DNA of 64,000 nucleotides, taken from Callorhinchus milii. Taxonomy: Eukaryota. The translations under genes were made by a program, and so were the position numbers. Positions 1-10,753 of this stretch are shown here, piece by piece. The stretch is from the NCBI RefSeq assembly GCF_018977255.1, contig NW_024704743.1, positions 60,204,001 through 60,268,000 on the forward strand. Reading direction: 5' to 3'. The notes beneath the pieces were generated by a model. The model ran no database searches. It saw only the letters and a list, made by a program, of their open reading frames with translations, and was not told where the DNA came from. How positions within the stretch are numbered: position 1 is the stretch's first letter; the number at the start of each line of letters is the position of its first letter.

Positions 1-63
1 GTACCTTATATGTCCACATTTTCATGTAAACACATCCAGTGCATTAATTAAAGATTCACTTAC

Positions 64-1629
64 TTTTATGGGGGCTGTGCTGAATTTAATCTTCCTGTTA
101 ACAGGAATGTTTTCTTCATCGGACAAGCCTGTTACTTCTGTACACTCCACAACTGGTTCATAAAAATTATCATCGCTATCGTCTTGTTCTTCTGAGTCCT
201 CGTAAGTCTGTTCCCAACCAGCATCAACCCCGGATTCAACACTGTAGCCCTCATTATCCTCGTTCAGAATTTTAGCTTCAGTTTTTGTATATTCCTTATT
301 GGGTTCCTTTTCGTTGTCTTTCGCAGCTGATAGATTTGTCGCTGGAGTCCCTGAATACTCGGGGGTGCTTTCCTCTGAGGAGTTTTCACTTGCTGTTGAA
401 TCTCGCTTACCGGACAGTACTTCAGCTAAAGCAGTACTGCCTTTTGAATGATGTGAAACTGTATCGGGTGGTTGGCCATATGCAGCAGGTTCAGTATCAC
501 ACGGATCCTCTGCAGTCCCTCCTTCCCTCCTCCCTCCTTGTTCGGTCTGGTCTCGATCGTCTGCCCCTTCGTGGACAATGGGCTTAATGTGCCTGATCTC
601 CACAGGACTGTTTAACGTAGAAGGAACACATGTCTCTAAGGTTCCTGAAGGAACTGCCGCCGTGTCATTTGCAACTATTTGCTGGGTGTCACTTAGCCCG
701 AGAAAAGCCGCTTCCTGCTGTTCAAAATAAATCCCGCAGCGATCTTGGACAGAGGAGGTTTTGGAGTCGGGCTGCTGCTCTTGGTCAGCGGTAGGTGAAA
801 CGGTCGGGGTAACGGGGAAATTACCGGTTACAAAATACTGTTCAGTCTCTCCAACCTTTTCAATGAGCAGATTCTGCTGCTCGGTGTTTTCAAACACGGC
901 GCTGAGCTGACTGACTGTAGGAGAAACGGTCTCCGTCCTGGGGCTGGTGCTGTCCAAGGACTCGGTGCTGCCTCTGCTGCAACCGGAGCTCTCGATCCCC
1001 TTCAGCTCTTCCAGCAGCTGCTCCTGGGACGCTTTCCTCTCCTTCCTGGGCGAAAGCTGGTGTGACAGGGGCAGCGGCTCGCGGATGCTCTGCTCGAACA
1101 TTTTGCGAGTCTCGGAAAATTTGGAGTAGGACTGTCCCTCCTGGACGGGCGAGTCCAAGCGGGCGACGACCCGTTCGGTCACGGTGCAGTCTGGCTTCAC
1201 CGGAGCTGCTGCTGCTGCTGCTGCAGCATCGAGAGAGTCGCGGGAGCGGACTCTCCTCTGCGGGGAGACGGCAGCCCCTCGGGCTTTGGTTTTCGGAGCG
1301 ACCCCGTTGTTATCGCCGGGCCCCATCCCCATCTGCATAAAGAGCATGTTTTTGATTCGGTTGACATTGGAGCCATATTTCCTGCCCCGGGTCTGTTGTT
1401 GCTGTTGCTGCTGCTGCTGCTGCTGCTCCTGAGGCGCTTTCTCGGACCCTCCTTTGCCCCTGCAGTCCGGGCCTGCCCCGCAGCTGCCGGCACCGCTGCC
1501 CGAGCAGGAGGCGGTGGGTTTGTCGAAGGTGCTCTTCAGAGCCTGAAACTCGGTCCTGTAAGCGTTGCGGTGCGGAGAGGCGCTCCGGAGGGTCGATCTC
1601 TCGCCTGAAGAAGCCTCGGTCTTCATCAT
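64..1629 (-). CDS. PPP1R9A: First coding exon of neurabin-1 (protein phosphatase 1 regulatory subunit 9A): actin-binding N-terminus through the PP1-binding RVxF motif; the gene continues left of the window
   Basis: Translation MMKTEASSGERSTLRSASPHRNAYRTEFQALKSTFDKP...GRKYGSNVNRIKN...YSKFSETRKMFE...VSPTVSQLSAVFEN...NRKIKFSTAPIK matches recalled vertebrate neurabin-1 rather than spinophilin. A canonical AAA|GTAAGT donor follows position 64. The segment is 522 codons with no stops. Confidence 0.95.
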
Positions 1630-1639
1630 GTTTACCTGC

Positions 1640-2190
1640 AGCGGCGGCGGCGGCGGCGCACAGGAAGGGACACACTCGGGCGGTGGGGGTGTGGGGGGGA
1701 GGAGGAGAGGGAGCGCAGTGGGTGTGTGTGGGGGTGTGGGGGAGAGGGGCTCTCCCACTCCCGCTATGAACGGAGATTAAATATAATTAAATGTCGGGAA
1801 AGGGACTGGAGGGGAGGGGGGTGGTGGGGGGGACCTCAGTGGCCGCTCAAACGGCCGTTGGCGCCCTGAGGCCGGGGGGTGGGGCGGACTGGGGTCCAGG
1901 TGCCGCTGAGGGCGAAGCGCAGCGGCCTCCACGACTCGGCGATACCATGGCGAGGGCGGCTCTGCACTGAGGGGGGGGGGGGGGGGGGACACACAGGCTC
2001 TCGCGCTCCACTCTCGCGCCACAGCCGTTACTCCACCACCAGCACCGCTCGCGCTCACAGCCCCGGAATGACTGACAAGCGCACAGCCCCGCGGCCCCGC
2101 CCACCCGTCCGCCCGCACACGCTGACGTCACCGCGTCCTCCGAGAGGGCGGGGCTTAGAGCGGGAGCGGGTCCCACACAGCGGCATCACT
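1640..2190 (-). promoter_or_regulatory. CpG-island promoter / 5' UTR of PPP1R9A with a full CRE (TGACGTCA, 2123-2130) and Sp/KLF GC boxes (~2095-2114, 2146-2154)
   Basis: Very GC- and CpG-rich stretch directly upstream of the ATG in an otherwise CpG-depleted window; motifs read directly from the sequence. Confidence 0.75.
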
Positions 2191-3380
2191 GCAGCCTCAG
2201 TGTCACATAGCAACACCACTGCAGCCTCAGCATCACATAGCAACACTGCTGCAGCATGCCTCAGCATCACACAGCAACACCACTGCAGCATGCCTCAGCG
2301 TCACATAGCAACACCACTGCAGCATGCCTCAGTATCACAGAGCAACACCACTGCAGCATGCCTCAGTATCACACAGCAACACCACTGCAGCATGCCTCAG
2401 TGTCACATAGCAACACTGCTGCAGCATGCCTCAGTGTCACATAGCAACACCACTGCAGCATGCCTCAGCATCACACAGCAACACCACTGCAGCATGCCTC
2501 AGTGTCACATAGCAACACTGCTGCAGCATGCCTCAGCATCACACAGCAACACCACTGCAGCATGCCTCAGCATCACACAGCAACACCACTGCAGCATGCC
2601 TCAGTATCACACAGCAACACCACTGCAGCATGCCTCAGCGTCACATAGCAACACCACTGCAGCATGCCTCAGCGTCACATAGCAACACTGCTGCAGCATG
2701 CCTCAGTATCACATAGCAACACTGCTGCAGCATGCCTCAGCATCACATAGCAACACTGCTGCAGCATGCCTCAGCATCACATAGCAACACTGCTGCAGCA
2801 TGCCTCAGCATCACATAGCAACACTGCTGCAGCATGCCTCAGCATCACATAGCAACACTGCTGCAGCATGCCTCAGCATCACATAGCAACACTGCTGCAG
2901 CATGCCTCAGCATCACATAGCAACACTGCTGCAGCATGCCTCAGTGTCACATAGCAACACCACTGCAGCATGCCTCAGTGTCACATAGCAACACTGCTGC
3001 AGCATTCCACAGTATCACATAGCAACACTGCTGCAGCATTCCACAGTATCACATAGCAACACCACTGCAGCATGCCTCAACATCACATAGCAACACTGCT
3101 GCAGCATGCCTCAGCATCACATAGCAACACTGCTGCAGCATGCCTCAGTGTCACATAGCAACACCACTGCAGCATGCCTCAGTGTCACATAGCAACACTG
3201 CTGCAGCATGCCTCAGCATCACATAGCAACACCGCTGCAGCATGCCTCAGTGTCACATAGCGACACCACTGCAGCATGCCTCAGTGTCACATAGCGACAC
3301 CACTGCAGCATGCCTCAGTGTCACATAGCAACACTGCTGCAGCATGCCTCAGTGTCACATAGCAACACCACTGCAGCATT
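2191..3380. repeat. 34-bp minisatellite, about 35 copies (GCAGCATGCCTCAGYRTCACAYAGCAACACYRCT)
   Basis: Directly visible tandem array; the first two units are 30-bp variants lacking 4 bp. Confidence 0.97.
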
Positions 3381-3399
3381 GCACAGGTTCAAAACAGCA

Positions 3400-5220
3400 T
3401 GCAGGGATGTCTCTGTAGCCTTGTAGAAATCAGAACCGCCACTACAGCACTGTACACGGGTAATACAATACAGGATTGATACACCACACAGCAACGCTGC
3501 TAGTGCAAAGTACAATTTGAAAAATCATACAACAATCCCACTGTTGCACATGACAAGTTAATTCAGCGCAGAACAGATAATTGCATTACACAGCAACTCA
3601 ATAATAATCCTTACATTTGTTAGTACCTTATCTCGTCATTCAGGTGTCTCAAAGTGCTTCACAGAATATATTGTAAATTGGATTGACTTTGTTGTGGACG
3701 AACCGCCACAGCCAATTGTGCACAGAAGTGTCCCACACATTAATGCAGCACAGTGTAGATTATATAGAAAGAGTAACAACAAGCTTCAATAACATGTTTT
3801 GCATTAATGCAATAGAAATTAATAACATGCTTTAACAATGCAGTATAGGTTAATACAGCCCAGAGTCACAATTTGCTATAATAATACAGGATGCGTTAAT
3901 AAAGCAAAGAGCATTAACATTTTGTTATAACGCAGTACAGGGTGGAACAGAGCAGCAACAATAACAATGCACAGTGCAATAATGCATAGATCAATCATAA
4001 TACAGTAGTACATCACAGGACACATCATATAGTAACAGAACAGATTAATACAGTGGATAGCAATATAATAAACCCCATGGTAGGACAATACAGTGCAGTA
4101 AAATAAAGTACAAACAAACACAATAATACAGCACATGGCAATACTAAAAACATGACAAAGAACAATACAAAAACCCAATACAAAATTCAGTTCAGAACAT
4201 AGAGTAACACAAAAAAATCCGATACAGAGCATATAATATTACAATACACCAATACAGAATAGTGCAACAAAATAATACAGTATAATGCAACTCAGTACAG
4301 GGCACATACAACATTTTGCAGTGCTGAGCACAGTACAGAACAGAATGGCGCAATGCCAAGTAGGACATCGCAATACATAACACAACCCAAGACACCAATG
4401 CAATAATGATAATAATCTTTGCATTTGATATAGTGCCTTATCACGTCTAATTATCTCAAAGTACTTCAGAGTTTTTCTGTAAAGTGTCATCACAATTTTG
4501 TAGGGAAGCAAGTCAATATAGAACCATAAAGAGCATGAAGAAATATAATGCAATGTAGCATAAAGCATGATACAGTACCGTGCTATGCAATACAGTACCT
4601 CACAGTACACAACAACTTGCATTTATATAGCACCTTGCACTTAGGGTAAAGTCCTAAAGTGCTTCACAGGGACAAGGTTGGACATGAGCAAGGGAAGGTT
4701 AATGAAGGTAGTTGTGAAGGAAGGAGGTTGTGAAGGAAGGTGGACTTGATGAGGGACTGGATGTGAGGAAAAAAGGAAAGCTGGGGATCAAAGTTTGACT
4801 AGGTTGCACATCGTTTCGGAGTGGGGTTTGAGAGAGAGGTCAGGGAGGTTCAGGAGGTTAGACCTGGAAGAGAGGAGATGTTGGTAGCACAGAACAAAGT
4901 AAAACCATAAAGTACAGTCCACTGTCCAGTGGAAGACAATATAGTATGGAACAGTATACAATTCAACTTATGTGGCACAAATTCCTCTGCATAGCACAAT
5001 AAAGCACAATACAATATACAGTTAGATTACATATTTCTACAAAAAGAAAATGTAATGCAGTACAACACAGAATAGTATACAGCACACCACAAGACAGCAT
5101 CACCTACTATAATATAACACAGTGCAACATGGTACAAGATGGTACAACAAAATACAGGAAAGATAAATGAATATAGTACTGCAGAGAATATCCTACAGTG
5201 CAACACTATACAGAGCAGAG
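3400..5220. repeat. Cryptic, degenerate A/C-rich simple-sequence region (ACAAT/ACAGT/ACAGC-like pentamers) interrupted by SINE and L2 tails
   Basis: Strong strand bias and recurrent motifs such as aatacag, cacaat and gtacag. Confidence 0.6.
4610..4885 (-). mobile_element. Old L2-like LINE 3' fragment
   Basis: Reverse L2-type tail (acaacaacttgcatttatatagcacc...aagtgcttcaca) followed by a purine-rich body. Confidence 0.5.
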
Positions 5221-5231
5221 AGAAACATGGG

Positions 5232-5572
5232 AGTGCCCTGTAGGTACTGTCTCTTCTGGGGTATTCTCATGGGCACCATTAACCCATATCTGCCCTGAAG
5301 TCCATTTTCTTCACTTGTTATTTTTAAGTTTTAACAGGTTCTTCAATCATAGGGTCACCACTGACATGTCTGGACTTTTGTCACTCAGCAAGCAATCTGG
5401 CTGAGTTTCCCCTTCCCCGAGCCACTGATGATCCTCGCACTCCATCTGGTATCCCATCTGAGATTAGCTAATCAATTCAGCACAGATTAGCAATCTAACC
5501 TGCAACATTCCCATCTTTATGATTTATTATTACACTGGGTGATGCCTTAACCACTAGACTATTGGAGAGCCT
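5232..5572 (-). mobile_element. Ancient tRNA-derived SINE, AmnSINE2-like (second fragment at ~35443-35545)
   Basis: Reverse strand reads ggctctccaatagtctagtggttaaggca...tctgtgctga...tagctaatctcag...ggggaaactcagccag...gcccatg...accccag, collinear with the recalled AmnSINE2 consensus. Confidence 0.6.
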
Positions 5573-5608
5573 TTGAAAACAATTAAAAACAACTCTTGGT
5601 CCAGCATC

Positions 5609-5760
5609 GCTGGGAACCCTCAACAAGTTAGGCAACATCTATGGAGAGAGGAAAGTGAGTTAACGTTTCAGGTCGATGACTTTTCGGTAAAACTGACAAA
5701 AGGTCATCAACCTGCAACATTAACTCACTTTCCTCTCTCCATAGATGCTGCCTGACCTAT
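5609..5760. mobile_element. Penelope-like inverted terminal fragment (~60-bp arm palindrome) with decayed hammerhead ribozyme cores
   Basis: Arms 5626-5685 and ~5697-5758 are reverse complements. A motif resembling CTGAnGA-AGGTC-ATC-GACCT-GAAAC-GTTAAC is present in mutated form on both arms. Confidence 0.7.
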
Positions 5761-7108
5761 CCAATCAGTGATTGTACCATTTTTCAGCGCTTTAGGACAT
5801 CCTCCCAATGTGAGAGTCACTATATTAATATACAGTACATTGTATTGTAATTCTATTTGTCCTTGGGAAACATGCTCAATAAGCATTCTGGCCAAGAACA
5901 TGCAGGACAATTCATTCAGTATGTCCTAATTTGAAATAGTGCTAAAACAGGACACTGGTAGCTATTCCATTTTTGATAGCAATCCAGCACATTCTTTGCT
6001 ATACTTTGTGGTAGGAATAAATTCACTCTTATTTTTGGCACTTAGTATCAATTTCAAACATGCGAAAGTCTAGCTGGAATCTGAGTGTTTTCTTTGCATT
6101 CCATGGACAATCTGGTGAAGACTGACTGAATACAATACCTTGGATATACCCAGTTTACATCAAGTCATTATGGGGAGTGCACAGTATATGCAAAATCCTG
6201 CAAATATATTTATTAAGAAAGATCCCATTGAGACTTAAAGTGATTGGTTTGAAGTTACCGCTGGTACATCTGTTAAATGAGTCATTCATTTTTAGAGCTC
6301 TCCTCAGATTACAAATACAAAATACTGATAATCCTTTTTTGTAGATTAAATGGAAAAAAAGCATTGCTTTGTTTTCTGAGTGGAACTCGGTAAATAGTAT
6401 TTGGGTGGTAATTTCAACCAGTTTTTATTTGTCCCACTAGAGACATTGAAAACAAACCACATCCATCAGAATATATTTTAGGAAAGCTTCCGCTCTCAGT
6501 CTCATTATTTCCCCTACATGGATTGGCTAAAACTGGGAACTCACATTAAGGGGAATTCTAATTGCTGCGCAGCATTGACAGAAATCTGTCAACCGATTGC
6601 TTTCTAATCTTCAGAGCTCCAAAATGAGGTATGGATGCAAGGGCATATGAAGAAATAAGACCCAATTTAAAATAGCTTGAAATGGTCAAAAGATATTAAG
6701 CAGTAAAATGTGATTACTTATCCAATCCAATGTACTTACACTGTGGTAAATCTATAAAGGATTTCTAAAAATATATGTAAAATTGCATAGGAATAACAGT
6801 GAGAGCTGAAGTTGATGCTTTAATATCAAAATGGTGGCAACAGTGCATATAAATCTGCTTAATGTGCTGCATTAATCCAAAAAGCTATTGGTTACCATGT
6901 TAAAGCTTAAAATAGAGATGATCAAATCAAGAATCCTCCAGAAAGAGGCAGGTGAAAAAGAACAGGTTAGCAGCTAGTGAAAGATGAAGACAAAATAAGA
7001 ACCATAATCGGGAAACAATGGGGTCTAATTTGAGGATGGGTTAACAACCCACAAATTAGACCCCATTGTACTACAACATGTACTGGTTAGAAAGACCATG
7101 TATAAATG

Positions 7109-7480
7109 TAGAATCATAGAGCATTGTTATGGAGTTTTTGCCATTGTAATATAGGATCATTGAAATTATAGTGCAGATGGAAACCATTCAACCTATTGTT
7201 TCTATGCTGGTGCAAGAACTCCTCTACTGGACCTATCTACTTTAATACTGATCCCCCATTTTTCTTGTCCCCATAAAGAAACAACATAAAGTGTTTTCAC
7301 TAGGCATTGATGCTGACATGAATGTTAAAAAACACATGAGAAAGGAATCAAAATATCTGAGCAAGGAAGAATGTCATTTTGTTTAATCAGTTGCCCCCCT
7401 TCTCAATCTCATGTCACAAATGGACATGAGTATCCTTTTTGCAGTATCCCTTTTCCATGATCACACTGTCAACTTCAGGT
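7109..7480. repeat. Copy 1 of a 372-bp near-identical direct duplication
   Basis: Matches 8410-8781 with about 2 substitutions. Confidence 0.95.
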
Positions 7481-7646
7481 TACAAAGTGAGTTACAGGAG
7501 CCGTTAATTATATAGTTTACAACTAATGAAAAAGAATACAGCTGATTCTATATTACATAGAATTACATAGAATGATGCAGCCCAGACACGTGCCATTCGG
7601 CCCAACTAATCTGTACAGTATTTCATTGTTAATTACATAATTAAAT

Positions 7647-7821
7647 GAAGTCCTGTAGGTTAGTGGTTAGAGGGCTTACCTTGCAAGTGAGAGGACCTGG
7701 GCTCAATTCCCGGCTGGGTGAACCATTGGGCAAGTTTTCTTATTCCACATGCCTTTGTTTACCTAGCAGTAAGTAGGAATCCGGTTGTTAGTTGATTGAC
7801 AGATCACTTTCCTGGGGGTAA
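7647..7821 (+). mobile_element. tRNA-derived CORE-type SINE, 3'-truncated
   Basis: A/B-box-like head, then a CORE-like ttgggcaagtt...tgcct...tgtttacctagcagtaag segment. Confidence 0.8.
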
Positions 7822-8409
7822 TATGTCATCTGGTTGTCCAGGCAGGTACAAATTCCAATGATAAAACGTAAGAAAGTGAGTCAGTATAATAAAATAAGAA
7901 GGGATGAGAAGAGAAATTCATAGAAGAGAAAGATAAACAGATATATTAAATAAAAGAAAACAAAGGTAAACGCACAGATTTTTAGAGTAGGTTTTCTAGT
8001 TATTAAAAAGTCATAGAAAAAGAGACCAAAAATAAATGGAAGCAACTGACGTGTCTCCAAGGAGTGGCACAAATCCAATTTGTTTTTGATAGACAGATTG
8101 TAATATCAGGTTTTTAAATCCATCACATTATGTTGACCAACAAAAAGGAAACGTATGGGGAAAGTTGCTAAAGTGTTAATACCTTGCTAATTTTGTTTCA
8201 GTGAATTACAGTAAGCTTATGGGAACTGTACCACTGTTACTGCATCAGTTTGGGAATACTGTATGATAGATATGAATTCAATTTGTTTTACCCTCTTCCC
8301 TGGAAGAAACTTCACAATTAAAAAATAGAAAATTTGCAGCACAAAAGGAAACCATTCAGCTCCCTGTGCCTGTGTCAGGCTAACCTGCTATCTATTCTAA
8401 TCCCATTTA

Positions 8410-8781
8410 TAGAATCATAGAGCATTGTTATGGAGTTTTTGCCATTGTAATATAGGATCATTTAAATTATAGTGCAGATGGAAACCATTCAACCTATTGT
8501 TTCTATGCTGGTGCAAAAACTCCTCTACTGGACCTATCTACTTTAATACTGATCCCCCATTTTTCTTGTCCCCATAAAGAAACAACATAAAGTGTTTTCA
8601 CTAGGCATTGATGCTGACATGAATGTTAAAAAACACATGAGAAAGGAATCAAAATATCTGAGCAAGGAAGAATGTCATTTTGTTTAATCAGTTGCCCCCC
8701 TTCTCAATCTCATGTCACAAATGGACATGAGTATCCTTTTTGCAGTATCCCTTTTCCATGATCACACTGTCAACTTCAGGT
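8410..8781. repeat. Copy 2 of the 372-bp direct duplication
   Basis: Matches 7109-7480. Confidence 0.95.
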
Positions 8782-9721
8782 CAGCATCATTTATTCAAAA
8801 TAAATCATCTGTTGTCTGTGTCTTAAACTGATTTAGGTGGCAGACTGTGAGCAATTATATTACCACAATAAAAGGTAACTAACGTGAAAGAGCTTCTATA
8901 ACAAAGAATTACCGTTAACTTAATTGTATTCCTTTTTAGGAATATTTTTATTGAAACAACTCAGTACAATTACGTCCCTCAGGAGACACTGAACTTGAGA
9001 ACATTATGCAACTAAAATCAAGTGCTTCAAGTTAACGACCGGCCCTAGTGGTAGTTCAGAATCCCAGGCAATCCCCAATAATGTGATCAGCATTCATTCT
9101 TTGTACACAAATATGTTTAAAGAGCATATTAATGTTATTTGTAATTCATTATAATTTGTTTTCAAAAGGGTACTGATGATGACATGAATGTTCAATCAAA
9201 CAGCTAATTAAAAATAAAGAGTAAATAATGCCATTAATACCAATGTACCTCAATATCCATGACACTTACAAAGTGTGTACATTGTCAAATACACAGATAT
9301 ATAACTATGATCCAAAATGATCACAAACATACAAAGGAAAATAATGGTTGTCTTTCCTCTGCACTCTCACTGGTCCAAATATGGTATTCCTGTCATACAT
9401 TTCCTTCTTCAGCTACTTGTGTAGGGGACAGTTTGAGCACCGCTTTCTGATATCTCAATGATGAGTTTTCTTGCACACATCTTCCTGCACAATATTTCTA
9501 GATCATAAACCTTATAATCTGTGACAGGAAACAGTCACTGCACCTCTCAATACCTATACTGCACTTTGAGAAGTGTTGATGCGAAAAGGCAAGTACTTTC
9601 TTCTATGTAAGCCAGCTAAATACTGGCATCAGTTTACCCATTAACACTGAGCATATAATCATTATCAATTTGGGTTGGAATTCCAACTCAGAACTACCAA
9701 AGCTCTATATATTAGGATCTG

Positions 9722-10100
9722 CGTGTCCACCTGGCTCAGCTGGCAGCACTTCAGCTCTGAGTCAGAGATTGTGGGTTTCAAGCCCCCTGCCGTCCAAGCC
9801 AATTTTGTGATTTTGAGCTCACAGTCTTGGCTGAATCTCCAATGTGGTCCTGGGGGAAAGTTGAATTGGTGGAAGTGCCACCCTTCAGATGAAAATTAAA
9901 CCGAGGTCTACTCTTCCTGTTCAGGTGGATGTTAAAGATCTCTTTCACAAAATGGTGGCTTGTAGTATATTTTTGTGTGCAAATTGGCTGCCACATCAGC
10001 TACAAAATATATAGTTACCACATTTTAAGGTGAATCCTGTGAAGGTCTTTGAGAGGTTTTCACAATGTGATAAAGTGTTATATCAAATGCAAGAATTATT
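9722..10100 (+). mobile_element. Deu-domain SINE (AmnSINE1/SacSINE1-like), tRNA head plus L2-like tail
   Basis: tggctcag head; Deu-like gtgcc...ttcagatga...ttaaaccgagg...caggtggatgttaaagatc; tail gtgcaaattggctgcc...atcaaatgcaag. Confidence 0.75.
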
Positions 10101-10753
10101 ATTTTTTACCCAGTCCCAATTTATTCTGAAGTGAATATGAGCAAACATAACGTTTTTTTATCATATAAAGATAAAACGAAAGCATGTTTTATTCCTTCTC
10201 ATACCTAAATGCAACAAGAATGCAGTGTATCGTCATACATAATCAACAAACTCCTAATTAATTAGGAGCACTATTATACATATTCTCAAAGGGATAAGCA
10301 ATTACTGGTAGATATATACACACAAAGACAGTATTCTGTTTCTATAGCAACACTGAGACATAATTATTTTGTATTAGTTTCTAGTGATAGATAAAATGTT
10401 CCTAAATTGTCTCTAGCAAAAATTCCAATTATTTATGTTGTGAACAGATTACAAATGTATATTATTGTTTATTTTGTTCTTTTCATGAATATGAGGAATA
10501 TCAGCATCAAACACTCCCAGGTCAAGTATAACATGGGCTTGTTACAAAATAAAGCTCCTTCCATGCTGCCTCAGGAATGTACATTGATTCCAAGTTCACA
10601 AGGGTACCTCCCACTCTACCACGTTTTTCTACTTCTCACACCAATTATTGTTTTGACTTCTCTGAGTAAGACTGACAATTTAAGGCCAATTAACAACAAC
10701 TTGCAATCATATAGTATGCTTCACACGGGGTAACGGCTCGGAACTTTACATAA

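Noticed and set aside
22..63. C-terminal VSESLINALDVFT of the 578-aa ORF
   Set aside because: It lies after a canonical GTAAGT donor and is intronic.
1630..1758. 43-aa proline-rich N-terminal extension in the ORF track
   Set aside because: It starts at GTG in low-complexity GC-rich DNA; homology begins at MMKTE.
2191..3380. CRISPR-like array and the ORFs running through it
   Set aside because: Units are contiguous with no unique spacers, there are no cas genes and the context is vertebrate; the ORFs are repeat translations.
7109..8781. LTR retrotransposon / TRIM
   Set aside because: No TG..CA termini, primer-binding site, polypurine tract or TSD seen.
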